The position numbers were made by a program, and so were the translations under genes. 64,000 nucleotides of DNA. Origin: Octopus sinensis. Taxonomy: Eukaryota. The notes below the pieces were generated by a model. The model worked only from the letters and a program-made list of their open reading frames with translations, was not told the origin of the DNA and made no database searches. This document shows positions 25,250-39,199 of the stretch, piece after piece. Where the stretch lies: positions 87,606,001 to 87,670,000 of the forward strand of contig NC_042999.1 of assembly GCF_006345805.1 (NCBI RefSeq), written 5' to 3'. Position 1 is the first letter of the stretch, and each line of letters opens with the position of its first letter.

Positions 25250-26560
25250 CATATATCCACCTTTCTTCGGAAAGATATCGAATATATGAGTTTTATCCCT
25301 GAGAAAATAACGAAGTATTGATATGGAAAGGTCAATGTGGAGGAAGTAGAAAATATCAGAGTAACATGGAACAGCGTTGTGTATAAAATGTACGATGCAA
25401 TAAGAAGTCATGTCTGAGAGATAAATTGTAAAAGGGAATGTACAGTTTGTTACAAGAACCAGAACAGTAGAGATAGGAGTATGGTGGTTGGGATCAGGTT
25501 AAATGAATTGGAAGATAAGTGAAAATGCAAAATAAAAAGAAAACGATGGACATAGGAACACATACTCAATTACGTTGATGAACAGATAAAGGAAGCAACT
25601 AAGAGAGGAGAAAGGAAATGGTAGAGGCGTCTACAAGGTAATTGAGATCTGCAAGAAGTGTTCAATTCCAAAGAAAACAGAAGCTGAGAAGAATATAAAG
25701 AATTAAGATTCTGTATAGGATGGTCAGAATTATGAGGCACAAATGTACTGGGAGTGGTTGGGCAAAAATGTATTGTAGCTTGTAACGAAGATGAGGAGAG
25801 AAAGTAGGCTGTAAATGATATATAGAATAGTGAACAAGTACAATTAATATAATATTGTACATGCTACATGGCCTAGTGGAGGCATGTGGCCTAGTGGTTA
25901 GAGCAGCGGACTCGCGGTCGAGGGATCGGGGCGTTCGAATCTCAGACCGGGCGATGTGTGTGTTTATGACCGAAACACCTAAGCTCCACGCGGCTCCGGC
26001 AGAAGGTAATGGCGAACTTCTGCTGACTCTTTCGCCACAACTTTCTCTTTCTCTCTTTCCTCCTGCATCTAGCAGCTCACCTGCGACGGACCGGCGTTTC
26101 GACCAGGTAGGGAACCTATACACCAATGAAACTGGGAAACAGGCCCTTATGAGCCAGGCATGGCTCAAGAAGGAACAAACCACATACATGTTACACATAG
26201 TGTATGCTGTCACATAGATCAAAGAATTTGTGGGTTGCGGAACTGACAGCATAAGAAGTAACAATATACAGAAGTTATAATGAAGGTAAATAGGAGGACT
26301 CTAGAAAAAAGGAAAATAAGTTGTTGAGAGGAGGAAAGGTTGGTATCTTTGACACTGTGTGGAAGGGCTAGAATGAAGGACGATATACGTTGATAGATGC
26401 GGGGGAAACCTAAGCGAAGAATTAGTCGATTTATGAAAGGGTTGTTGTTTTAAGATTGATTAACTTGTAGAAGTAATGGCGAATGCTTTATGCAAAAGAT
26501 ATATTGACGTGTCTAAATGTTAGAGTTGTTGAACTGAATTATAATCAATAGCTTTCTCAT
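25250..26560 (-). mobile_element. Possible decayed Penelope-like ORF remnant, interrupted by a SINE
   Basis: Purine-rich plus strand as at 1.2-1.9 kb; minus 'FIHNAVP..YFLHIDLSISI' weakly resembles the PLE RT 'FLDI.VSI' motif. Confidence 0.3.
25875..26180 (+). mobile_element. Full-length tRNA-derived SINE (paralog of 10222-10520) with probable TSD
   Basis: A-box TGGCCTAGTGG, B-box GTTCGAATC; flanks tacatgctaca (25858-68) / tacatgttaca (26185-95). Confidence 0.92.
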
Positions 26561-29419
26561 TTTCACAAACCCGTCTATGTACAGACACAGAGTATCTAAG
26601 ACTACAGTGTCCAATGTGCTATTCCTGTTTTAAGACGATTGTGAGTGTTACTATTTTTAACCAGTCGAAAGGCCGAGTAGAGGTTATTAAAATGGCTAGT
26701 TTCGATTTTCTGGTTGATCGATTTAAATGTTCTTACGAACTAAATCATATGTTAGTTTTGCTCTTGTTTGTCGAAACATATTTACCTGCAATCACACCGA
26801 GGAGATAAAATTATAAGACAGGTATTCCATCAGGAACGGGCAGACAAGTAAGGAAACATTTTTCACAGCAGTGAACAAAATGTACGTTTGATTTACGAGG
26901 CCTAGTAAGTCGAATACGTCAATTCCCCTGTGATTTCATTGCGTTCATGTCATTCATTATGTTACCATGACCTACATACATTTTTATATTAACTTCAATC
27001 GATTTTAAGTTACTATGGCACCAATCAGAAGGCGGGTCATTACTATATCATTTGTGTTGTATTCATAATGTCTTTTTCAATACATCCACAAAAAATCTAA
27101 TCCTGATAAAGAAAATTACTTCTTACATCTTGTTTATTACGTCTCACAATTTGTTTATTTTCTTGAGCTTCAAAGTTGTTGGTATTCACCAAGAGACAAG
27201 GAAAATGAGTTATACCTCATCTAATTTGCCGACAAAATATGACAAATGTAATGATAGATATATTAAGAAATCTAGTATCGTACAAAATAGGATTTTGTTC
27301 GCGAATAAAGATTTAGTTGACGTCAGTAACTGTTTTCGACAAGTTATAGAGAAGAATTTCAGCATATCAGATTACAGCAAGGTTATTGGGACTGCGGGGC
27401 ATTTGCTGTTGATTTGATAATGGTTTGAACGATTTCACAATCTCAGGAGTTTCTAACTTTTCACTTAAAAATATTCTTCATACTTTTAATGGTCTTTACA
27501 TATGTACAAATATGTACACACACAACACAAACACATACATTTAGACAACCATCACCTTTTTTCGCTATCACTACATTGCTGAATCCCCGTATTTTACTAT
27601 TGTACCCCTCTTTTAGCTCCACATTGACGGCTTTTTCATTTCCAGTCTTTGGCTTTCATTTCTTGCTTGCTCTCGCTCTCTATTACAATATATTTCAATT
27701 TCTTTACTTTTATCATATTGATTTCGCTTGGATCTTCACACAACACACTCTCACTCTTTCACATACTTTTCTTTTATTTGTTTTTCTGTTACTAATACTA
27801 TAAACATCTTTTTCACATCTCTTTATCGTTCTCCCACAATCTCAAAATGAACGTGGAGGGTGACAGAAAGTTTTAGTAAAAGACCAGATTAATGCAGAGC
27901 AGACATATTGGATAATTTTCGTTAATTTAAGGGGTAAAACAAATATCATGGATGAGAGTTCAAACACGAGAGCCGCCAAGACATTCTCTTTTCAAATTCC
28001 TCTTGAATATAGGCGCAAAAATATCGCATACGTTTACGGCATAGCCATAGATTCTGAAACCGGACATATTCTTAGAAGACTCCAAATGATCTTGTGACTA
28101 TGGATGCACAATTGTGACACCCAAAATCTCTGGGGGCTCTGAGTAAGACAATGTAAAAATAGGGAGGTGTTTCGAAAACTTCAAAGTGATTCCCTCAAAA
28201 TAAAATTCCCGAAATCCGTGTTTGCCTTAAATCTTTATCATTTTAGACAAAATTTTTGATTCTTCATGATGAAAACCAGCATGAAAGTCTAACTTCACAG
28301 AGATCCATACCAAAAATTTGTTTCAAGTTAGAGATAAAGAATTAATTGCAGTATGGACATAGTGTCTTAAACAACAGATGGTTTGATATTGTAGATGTTC
28401 CTTAACCAGCAACATCGGAACACAGCGGATGGGTAAAACATATTTGGGTTAATAGAGTCAAATGGCAGCTACTTCAGGAAATTGTCATAACTAGAAATCA
28501 ATATATACTATTGTGAATCAGGAAAACAGTAATCTACTATGATGCAGAATTTTAAAATCTATTGGAATATTCAAATCTACTGCCACATAACTATGGAAAG
28601 GAATCCTAATAATACTGCTGTGTGTTTGTGTATGTGTGTGTATGTATGTATATGTGTATGTGTGTGTATGTGTTTTTGTCCTCGCCTGTATTAGTGTGTG
28701 AGAACTAGCCCCATGAAGAAGTGCGTTTTGTCTGTCGCAACTGATTAAATTGATTGAAAGGAATAATGGATAGCAAGTATGTACATGCACATATAATACA
28801 CAGGAATACACATACACGCTTACACACGCGTGCGCACACACACGCACACACACACACTCACAACCATATATAAATAAATATATAATCATTGAAAATATGA
28901 ACTCATGTAAGTGAGTGTATATTAAAATAGAAATGTTAATAATATAAATTGATATAATCATTTGGAATATTCACGAAAATCGTTGGACCAATGGACTGGT
29001 TGATTTTACAAGAACGACTGTTATTAATTGCAAATGTCATGTGTCTATTCAATTAACATACACATACCCACGTTCAACTTCATCATTATAGGACAATTAT
29101 CACAGTTTGGAAACTTATTATTTACATCATTGCGAGACATACTCAGTTCCTGTCTGTAGGATATCCTGGCAACGTGAACATACCTTTTTTATGTCTATTA
29201 TTTGCATGAAATCTGTTGCCTCCATTTATGTTATCTGTTTATTAAGTAACTAGTATACCCGTGTTGTCAAAGATGCGGAGAGTTTTATTAACGATAGAAA
29301 ATGCACATCAAAACAATGGGATAAACCTGTGATAAATGTCAGTAATCGAATAAATATATGTATATACATAGATATAAAGCACTTGAACAATCAGATGCGG
29401 TTGTAACATCGCCGTTGAA

Positions 29420-29803
29420 AATATTGTGTCTGGTAAAAAAACTTGCTTCCTAACCACGTGAATCCGGGTCCAGTCCCACTGCGCGGCATCTTGGGCAAGT
29501 GTTGTCTACTGCAGCCTCAAGCCGACTAAATCCTTGCGAGAGGACTTGGTGGACGGAAACTGAAAGAAGCCTGTCGTATATATATTTATATATGTATGTA
29601 TGCGTTCTTGTGTCTGTTTGTCCCACTTGACAATCGATGTTAGTGTTCTACATCCCCGTAACTTAGCCGTTCCGAAAAAGAGACCCATAGAATAAGTACT
29701 AGGCTTCCAAAGAATAAGACCTGGGGTCAATTTGTTCGACTAAAGGCGGTTTTCCAGCATGGCCGCAGTCAAATGACTGGAACAAGTAAAAGCGTAAAAG
29801 AGT
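29420..29803 (+). mobile_element. tRNA-derived SINE with internal (TA/TG) microsatellite
   Basis: Colinear with 31768-32170; ends ggccgcagtcaaatgactg.aacaagtaaaag. Confidence 0.88.
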
Positions 29804-29897
29804 ATTCGTTATGTAGCTCAATTCTGGATTGAATTAAATGAAATTGAATGCCCTTGTCCTGCATTGCCTTCTTGTCTACCTTTCCTCACTACTTTAA

Positions 29898-29913
29898 TCT
29901 ATCTATCTGTCTG

Positions 29914-29988
<75 letters not shown>

Positions 29989-30066
29989 GTCTGTCTGTTT
30001 TCCTATCTGTCTGTTTTCCTGTCTGTCTATTTGCCTGTCTGTCTGTCTGTATGTCTATCTATCTAT
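29898..30066. repeat. (TATC)n/(TCTG)n microsatellite
   Basis: Seen directly. Confidence 0.95.
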
Positions 30067-30105
30067 ATAAAAATGTGTAAATATTTAAATAAATGTTCAT
30101 ACAGA

Positions 30106-30106
<1 letters not shown>

Positions 30107-30175
<69 letters not shown>
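30107..30175 (-). repeat. (TAA)n tail/target of the adjacent R4/Dong element
   Basis: (TTA)n on the plus strand directly abuts the element 3' UTR. Confidence 0.9.
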
Positions 30176-31612
30176 GCTTTGCAGAGCTCCTAACGCTGGG
30201 GATGTAATACGGTGTCAGCTGTTCACTACCAGTGAACACCTCTTATTTTTCGTGTACCTTCCGGAGTATTCGAGCGGTTCCAGGCAGTGCTGTTTTCTGC
30301 AAGTGCTCCACCCTTACTGCAGCCCCTATTTTGTTCCATGTACTTTTCGAGATTTTCATCCACTGTTTCCAGGGCTCCGACAACTATTGGAACCACTACC
30401 ACCTTTTTCATAGACCACAACTGCTTTACCTCCCAAGCTAACCTGCCATACCTATAGACTTTTCTTTCTTCCTTATCGTATACCATGTTGTCAGCTGGGC
30501 ATGCTATATCTATGATCCAGCATAGTTTGTTTTCTTTCTCAATTAAGGCTATGTCTGGTTTCCTTTTCTCTATCTCATGGTCGCACTGAATCATAAAATC
30601 CCACAGGATCTTTGAGTTATCATTTTCGATGATGCCTTCGGGTTTGTGGTCGTACCAATGTTTTTTTCTGTCAAGTCCATACTTGTTGCAAGGCGTCCGA
30701 TGGAGAAGCCTTCCTATATTGTCGTGGCGTTTCTTATATTCCTTCTGGGCCAGTGGCGTACATTGGCTGGTAATATGCCTTACGTTTTCACCATTTTGTC
30801 AATAGATTCTGCACTTACCACATTCTGATGTGTTGTCTGATCTGTATTTTATGTAGTTTGTTGTTAGTACATGCTCTTGGGCAGCACAGATTCGAGCCTC
30901 CGTTTCCGGTTTTAAATAATTTTAATCATTCACAGCCATCTTTATTTCTCTGTCTGTCTTATCTTCAACATCCCTATGAAATTGTCCCTGGATTCTTTTC
31001 TTTACCCACCTATTTTCATTTTCATTCGTTTTCAATTGCCTGTACAGTGCTTTATATTTGCAATCTTTAATCCTGCACAAGCCTGACCTTCTTACTTCTA
31101 ATAATAGCGGTTCTGTGACATATTTTTACATACCATGCAATGTTGTTTTCTTCCGCTCTAATGCCGTGTTCGCAGCCAATAAGTCCTCTTCTCCCTCTTA
31201 TCTTGGTGCACATAGCCTGCCTGTGTCACTTTTTGGGTGACACAGTTAGCAACTTCCTTGTCCTCCTGTCTAAGCTGTTTAGTTCGTTCACTATCCATGC
31301 GATTACCCCTGCTCCATATCTAAGGAGTGACACTTCCCAGGTGTTGATAGCTTCAATCTTATTCCGTCCGTTTAATTTCGACTTAAGGATCAGTCTCAGT
31401 CTGCGCAAGTATTTCGCCTTAAATTTTACTGTAATTTCTTTCTCCATCAATTTATCCATTTCCAAAATCCTCAAGTACTTATAGCCCGTCTATCTGCTTC
31501 ATAACATCTCTCGACGGTATCGTTAGCCCATCCATACATTTGATTTTGCCTCTCAGTCCGAACTCCATTCTAATATCAGCACTGAAAGTATACACCTTAT
31601 CAACGAGAGAAC
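30176..31612 (-). mobile_element. 5'-truncated R4/Dong-clade LINE (RT thumb, CCHC knuckle, RLE)
   Basis: 'YLRRLRLILKSKLNGRNKIEAINTW', decayed CCHC knuckle, 'KKRHDN', 'IQCDHEIEKRKPDIALIEKENKLCWIIDIACP...K..RY', 'VVPIVVGAL'. Confidence 0.92.
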
Positions 31613-31614
31613 TC

Positions 31615-31692
31615 AGACCGTAAGGACGGACGAAATGCCGCTAAGCATTTTGCCCGGCGTGCTAACTCATTATTCTGCCAGCTCGCCACCTT
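31615..31692 (-). mobile_element. Short SINE head fragment
   Basis: Reverse complement of aaggtggcgagctggcagaat...ttagcacgccgggcaaaatgcttagcggcatttcg; same family as 58678-58885. Confidence 0.75.
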
Positions 31693-31767
31693 TAGTTATG
31701 ATGATAATAATAATAATAACAACCAGTTCACTAGTTTAATAAAGAAAATCGTAAACAAAAGCATCAT

Positions 31768-32170
31768 AGGCGTAGGAGTAGCTGGGTGGTAAGTAGTTTG
31801 CTTACATGGTTCCGGGTTCAGTCCCACTGCGTGGCACCTTGGGCAAGTGTCTTCTACTATAGCCTCGGGCCGACCAAAGCCTTGTGAGTGGATTTGGTAG
31901 ACGGAAACTGAAAGAAGCATGTCGTATATGTGTATATATATGTATGTGTGTGTATATGTTTGTAAGTCTGTGTTTGTCCCCCCACCCACCCAACATCGCT
32001 TGACAACCGATGCTAGTGTGTTTACGTTCCCGTAACGTAGCCGTTCGGCAAAGGAGACCGATAGAATAAGTACTAGGCTTACAAAGAATAAGTCCTGGGG
32101 TCGATTTGCTCGACTAAAGGCGGTGCTCCAGCATAGCATCAGTCAAATGACTGAAACAAGTAAAAGAGTA
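31768..32170 (+). mobile_element. Full-length tRNA-derived SINE
   Basis: Head taggcgtaggagtagctgggtggtaag, B-box-like gggttcagtcc, internal TA/TG tract, tail aacaagtaaaagagt; paralogs at 29.4, 47.6 and 13.1 kb. Confidence 0.92.
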
Positions 32171-32439
32171 AATATATCAGGTATAATTAATTTATAGCAT
32201 CCACCTAGGTGAGCTGAAACTAGGTGGAACTAAAACAGTCGCAGACCTGGCATTTTGAACTTACCGTCATAAAGCTGATATACATAGGACATATTTACCA
32301 TGAACATAAGAAAATGATTGACCTGAGGTAAATAATGAAATATTACAAAGTAACTACAGTGGGTGTAGAAAAATACATAGAAGCAAGTAAATGTAGACTG
32401 TATAAGGGGAGAAAATAGCTATTATTTTTCCTTTCTGTG

Positions 32440-33310
32440 AGGGACATGAGCACAAACTAGAAGCTAATCACAGCGAGATAATTACTAAACATTACCAGTG
32501 AAACCCAAAAAGATAGCATTGAAGTGGAATTAAAAAGAGAGATACAAAAGAAAAAATACAGAAAAATCTCCATGCTCAATATCCGGCAAGACTGGACAGT
32601 GATGAAGTGATTCAATATGAAAGACAACACTAGTTCAAAGGCTTTGGAGTAAAAAGCAGAAAGGAAAAAAAAGTCTAATTTTAGCTGCAGCAGATCAATG
32701 CTTAAATACAATAACCAAAAACTATCAAAGTAAAATAAAACAGAAGGTAATGTCAATTTCAGGCTATAGAACCAATTTAAAGAAACAATCAATCACCTAA
32801 TTTCTGGCTACCCAATCCTTGTAAAGACAGAATATATCCACAGATATAAAGAGGTAGGTATTTATATTCGCTGCAGACGCTTTCACATAGAAAAAAGCAA
32901 CAACTGAGAACAAGTGATAGATTCGGTATGTGCTTATGGTATAGTAATGATAGTCTGGAACATAACTTCCCAGGATCAAAGCAAACTCCCATACGTTATA
33001 ATAGAAAGAAAACAACAACAAAAGCCATGCATTCTGATGGATATTTTGTTCGATTCCTTCAAACCCTCCATTGAGAATGATGCTAAAAAGCAACAACAGT
33101 ACAAATATCTTGGAATGATGATAGCAAAAATGCGAGATATGAAAGGAAAAACCGGATCCAATATTAATTAGTGCAATGTGTATGATAAAATATAAAGAAC
33201 ATGACCAAAATATAACCTCAGTATTAGGTCTTTACTCACAGTGCAAAAATATTAAATTTGATTCTACGCAAAGTGGTTACATAACTAACACAACTTGCAA
33301 AGAACATGCT
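32440..33310 (+). mobile_element. Decayed R4/Dong-clade C-terminal (CCHC/RLE) fragment
   Basis: 'ETINHLISGYPILVKTEYIHRY', 'IVWNITSQDQSKLPYVIIERKQQQKPCILMDI', 'KYL...AKM' parallel the 51.8-52.3 kb copy. Confidence 0.7.
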
Positions 33311-33897
33311 TTATATAATAATTCCCTCGATACGTTATAGATTTTACAATAAACGAGAATTAGATGAAAGCAACACAGCAAGAACAAAAAAAAAAAGAAA
33401 AAATCCCACAAAATGCAAATTGACTGTGAAACGACTTCGGTTTTTCAGAGATATGTATTTTATCGACCTTGGCTGGATTTGTTGCAGAGGTAACCGTACA
33501 GTGATTTAAGAGGTATCCAAATATAGTAAGGCAATATTGCTCGGTGCACTATTGATTATGTCATTCACTATCCTGTTAATATTATCACTCATAACATTTT
33601 TCATTGAGCTACTAAACCTGCCGTTCTACGTTCAAATAATAAGTAAAATAATTATTTCCAATATAGAGACGAGGCTTAAAATTTGCGGGTGTGTGTTTAT
33701 TCGATGATATCGATGAGCAGCTAACTGAGTTAAGTAGATGATGGTGAACAACATAAGACTGCTCTCTGCATGATGATGATGATGATGATGAGGATGATGA
33801 TGATATTATAAAAACTAGATCACTGGCTGGAACCTATAGCAACAATAAAACTAATATTAATTATTGTTTCTAATATTAGTGCAAGGATTCAGATTAA

Positions 33898-33919
33898 GAG
33901 AGAGAGAGAGAGAGAGAGG

Positions 33920-33950
<31 letters not shown>

Positions 33951-33970
33951 GGAAAGAGCGAGGGAGAGAG
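33898..33970. repeat. (GA)n microsatellite
   Basis: Seen directly. Confidence 0.95.
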
Positions 33971-34539
33971 AACAGTCGAATAGATCGATCTCAGTATATG
34001 GTTAGTATATAAAAGGCAGGAGAGATAAATAAATAAACACCTCTATTGCAATTAATCTAAAATTGCTTGTCAGAAAACTTTCGAGTGATTTTCAGCCATA
34101 ATGACTTAACTACTCTTGGAATATCTGTACCTTTCATAGACTAAAGAGTAATGGAAAATATGCGCACAAACCGTGCTTATACACTTCTGTGGGACACATT
34201 ATACACGTGACCTGAGCTTCCCCAAAATGTCATCAAGGTACGACCTCCCACTACGGCAGGATTGTTAGAATAACATTATAATGCCATCCATATAAAATAC
34301 TCCCTCGGGATAAATATAGGCAATGCCCCTGTTATTGAATACCTACATATAAACTCAAGGAATATTGGTGAAACATTTCCATCAAAACTTCATGAAATTT
34401 AATCATAACGTGATAGAGTTATTTGGCACAAGTCAATAAAAAAAAAGAAAGAAATAAAAGAAATTACGTGCAGCAACGAAGGTCAGTTGCCCTGAAGATG
34501 AGCACAATTTTTCAAAACCAATGTTTATGAACGGTTGCC

Positions 34540-34960
34540 TCGAAATCTTCACCTTTTCTATCCTGATTACAACATCATGTGGGTGGAATTAATATCCTCA
34601 AGAAACACTCATTTCCTGATGACCTTCTGTGTGAACTCAAAAGTGCAGGACAAACAGGGTTCGGCAAAGACTCGATTGGAAAACCACACATTAGTTATGC
34701 AAGGGAATGTTTCCTATAAATTTGAGGATGATGATAATATGACCATTGGCTTGTCAAAATTTGAATGTTACACATCTGTAATCGAAGAGCATGTGATAGC
34801 TCTGAAATACCGAATGGACACACAAGAGATAGAAGCCCTTAAATTCTCAAAATACAATTGCAGATGACGGTCATTTCACTCTTCTGTGGAAAACACAAGA
34901 CATGTAGTGAGTAGTCACCGAGGTACTACATCTCATCGCAACATAAAATTGCAGTCAAAA
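34540..34960 (+). mobile_element. Possible decayed LINE APE-endonuclease remnant
   Basis: 'IMWVELI...LVMQGNVS' weakly resembles APE 'E.LWVEI...IVMGDFN'. Confidence 0.25.
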
Positions 34961-37900
34961 CAACAACTGCGAAGCAATATACAATGCTATCCGCAGAAAA
35001 GGCTACTCTTGGATGAATGTAAACAACACCACTACAACTTAATACGTTCATAGATATATCGGTGGAACATTTACCTAAAATATTGTACGAAGTCCAAGCA
35101 TAACATGCATGGTATAATTATTTGGGATAGAAAAGAAAAAAAGTCATGTTTAGTCATCTACCCTGCAGATGTGATCAAAAATCAACGGAAAGAAGAATAT
35201 TTATGGACAACTGCTTTGAAACCCGCAGCTCTTGTACTTTGATTATAAATTCACATTTATGCCAGTAAGTATTGGCGCACTTAGTTATATTTGTAAATAT
35301 CTTAATTGCATCTAGAAAAGCTAGGATTCTCGAGCCAAGAAAGAGACCGTCTAACACGCACTTCGTTAGAAATCAGCTACTAGATTCTAGAAAGAATTCT
35401 AATAAATAAAAAGTGAAGTCATACATACAGCATAAATATTTCTTTGTAAACCAGCAGGCATGAAATATTAAGACGTCATTTTACACTTACGATATATGTA
35501 ATATATGCTAGGTAACGAATACATACACACATACATATATACACAACAAGTAAATACCTATATTTAAACGTATACATCTATGCATATATACAGACTCACG
35601 GTCATCTATAACAAACATGTATACACATAGCGGTGTACGTTAGTATAAGCACGTTACAAATGTGGGTACGATATACGATATAGATAACAGATAGTTATCA
35701 TTTCTCTTGCTATATATATATATATTTCTATGTATGTGTTTGAGTGTGTGTTTGTGTTTGTGGGTGTGCATGTGTGTGTGTGCTTGTGTGTGTATGTGCA
35801 TGCGCGCGCACGTGTATGTTTGTGTGTATTTATATGTTTATAAATAAGACGAAGCAGTCGCAGAGTATGTAAATTCTGATGCAATCGGAGTGATTCAAAA
35901 GTTGGGAATTTAGTTTCTGCCGACAGAGGTTGGTCAAATGCCAACATGAAGGTTACGCGAGTAGAAATGGGAGACAATTTGATACATTTCCTATCAATAT
36001 AGGACAACAACCACCATGATAACGGCATGGAAGGAAATATTTGCGCCCAGTTTATCTGTCTTCCTGTTTGTCTGTGTGTCTGTCTATGTATTGAAAAGTA
36101 AGCATCTACACTCATGTTTTCCTCTCACAAGCTACGGATGCGTCTCAGTTACGCAAACACAGTAACAGAGTATATATAGGCCCAAATACTTTCATAGGAT
36201 ATTGGATCAACCACTGATATCTGTGGCTATTAACATCACATACTTAAGAGATGCATCTTATTCGCCGTGGAATAAAACACTTGCCTGCTTTAGCTCCTTC
36301 GTTAAATTTTTCCATCCTCCTCTGTTGTCTACTTAAACTCTGATATTTCTTGACATCTATGGCACTTTCAATACTACCCACATTCCTGTCGCCGTATAAT
36401 ATAAACCAATCGAGCTTGCCTTTTTGTTTCGCATATTTTTATTTATCAAGCACACTTTCAGCTCGCCATTTTCTTTTAATTTATTGCATTGTCTACATTC
36501 GAGTTCCTCTTTAGATTTGCAGGAACGTGCCTTTTGCATGTGGTTATTCTTGCTCATCTCTAAGCCTGAACTATCAGCAGAACCACGGCACTATATACAC
36601 ACAGAGGCGAACTCCATTTACCATGTCTGTTCTTTTATCTACATCTCTATTATTTTATAATAAATATTTTATAAAATAAATTTATTAAATAAACCCTGTT
36701 TATTTTATAAGTTTAAAAGATAAACCCTGTAACCTCTCGCATTCTAGATTCTGTGCTAGAAACTGTTTTTGTTTTGTCCTAAATTCTCCCTTGTCTTTGT
36801 CAAAGGGTAAAAAACACATATGCAACTTATTGGACAGAAATTCTTGCCAGTCCTTGTAACAGCAGTTCCTAATTCCATGCTACTGTCAACTTTATGTACA
36901 TTTCCTTTGTATGAACCGAAGGAGAATCCTTTACGTGGTCCCTAGAAATAGGAACTGATTTGCCCCAAATTCATCGTACTGTTTTTAAAGCATAAAAGAT
37001 GCATTGGGCTATGTAGAACATAGATTAGAAAATGTCCAAATCGTCACAGTTAGAAATCATTTTATCATAGGCCAATTGTATCAAAGAAAATCAAGTAATC
37101 AACAACAACAATAACAGCAGCAGCAACAACAAAAACAAAACAAAATAACAACAACCTCAACAACAGCATCTTCATCTAATGAATCAAAGCGATGAGAGAA
37201 CCACTTTGCAGTCATTTGATCTTCTATAAACAGAAGGTGGATCTCCTTTAAATCACATCTAAATCACATCTAAACGCAGAATTCATTACGTTACATAATG
37301 CAATCTTACATAGTTTTAAAACGATGCGGCAGTGAATCCTATCCTGTATTTGAACAGGGTTAAATGTTTTCTCGATTAGCGATGATCTTGAGTTAATATC
37401 AGCAGAAACTGAATTAAATGCAATCTGTGCCATGATTCCTACGTACAGGTGAAACTGAAATTCGGTTATATAACTGCTTTCTTTTGATCTGAGGTATTTC
37501 CTCTCATATCTGCAGGATTAAAGAAGAGAGTATATGTAATCTCCACTACTGGCCTATGATTGTTCTCTAATTGTGATCCTTTGCTTTATAACTGTCATCC
37601 TCCTTTCCATCTTCTCCCATTCATTTTCGTTTATTGTATTCCTGTATTCCTTCTGTGTATTCAGATTCTTTTCAATGTGTATTTAGATTCTTGTGGTTAA
37701 AAGTATGCTTAAAGTTTAGGGTCCTTCATTGAGCAGGTTGACTCTTTATCGGCATCTGTAAGTGCAGAGATGGGAGAAACGTTTTGGAAAACTGGCTGTT
37801 GTTCATGCATATAAGTCTTCATTCTGCATTCCACTATCCTTATCCAAGGAAAAATCCACCGCTTTCGAAACGATACAACATGGCACCAGTGTTGTTGGAG

Positions 37901-37974
37901 GCATTACTGTCAGACTGCAAAACCCTGAACATAATCTGCAAGTACCGCGCTCAACACTCTAACAGTTACACCGA

Positions 37975-38130
37975 TTCACCTCCCTGTATTGGAACATTCT
38001 TTATCAACTTCAAAAGAATGAGTGATTATGCGGAACTTGTCAGTATTTAAACTGAGAAAGAGGTGAGTCGAAACAAATACCTGGAGCCATTCTGTCCAAC
38101 GCTGTAACTACACAACCAATTCATCACCGC
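37975..38130 (-). mobile_element. Degraded SINE (family of 58.7-59.1 kb)
   Basis: tttatcaacttcaaaagaatga...cttgtcagtatttaaact...aaatac...cattctgtccaacgct; similar remnants at 33440-33575, 46240-46390, 55440-55545, 57420-57540. Confidence 0.55.
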
Positions 38131-39199
38131 ATAATATGTATCCGTTTTGTTTTCATATTCCTGTTGTTCCTTTCTCTTTGTATAGTTGGACATATTTATC
38201 TATCACTATCGTTGCCTTTTACTTTGCTTTATGTATATGCATGCGTTTGAATGGGAATATGCACTTGTGTGGTTCTCTTCAGGTACGCATTTATGCATCA
38301 ATAATTCTGTATATCATATTTATTCGTTACACTTTTCACTTTCCTTCACCCACTTTATTTCGTTGTTTTGTCATCTTCCTGGTCGTCTGCCCATCCTCAC
38401 GTCAGTTATTTGTTTATATCTGCACCAACCAAAGGCGATGTGTAAAGCGTTAATGTTCTGTTCCCACGACACCAAAACTTATCCCGCTTTCTGAAATTTA
38501 GTGTTACCTGCGATAAATATGTATTGTTCAATAACTTAACAACTGGAATTAGAAATGAAATCACAGTTTGTGTTCGAGCATTTGACAAGCTAACCTACTC
38601 TGCCATTTCATTGGCAACAATTAGAAAATATATGTTTTAACCCTCCGAATAATGATACATACAGAGGTACTAAATTAATCTATTCATATATCTTACAAGT
38701 ATTTAATCATTCGGATCAAGGCACACAGTTCGATCCAGCAAGAGCTAAACAGAAAGACAGAGGGAGATAGATAGTGAAGGGAGATAGAGAGAGTGAGTGA
38801 AGGAAGAAAATGTTTTAACGAATACACTAGAACAACTGTATTTGCAAACATATGGCGAAAAAGTCTCGTTAGCAACATGGAAACTGCAAGCATAGAAAAT
38901 CGCTTTGCAGATTATACCACCAGAATTGTAACCTCGTTGGAATAGATTGAAAATGTTTCAACTCTTGACGACTGCATGTATGTAATGGTGAGGCAATATA
39001 ATAGACTGGGGTTGGGTTTTGTTGTATGTGTGATTTATAGAACTGGAATGAGGAATGGTAGTAGTTTCATGGGTAGAGGTGCTTCTTATAGAGTCATAAT
39101 GATTGTAAAGATATGGGAAAAGGGATTCCTCAAAGTTTAACAGAGTTCCATTTTACTTTGGGGAGTAGGAGACTTCAGGTTTTATAAAGAAGCTTGAGA

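Noticed and set aside
25662-26264. 200-aa and 120-aa ORFs
   Set aside because: They run through a GC-richer SINE; the same peptide recurs at the 10.3 kb copy
29249-29280. Helitron-like 3' end (minus ...cacgggtataCTAGt)
   Set aside because: The subterminal hairpin is too weak and no matching 5' end was found
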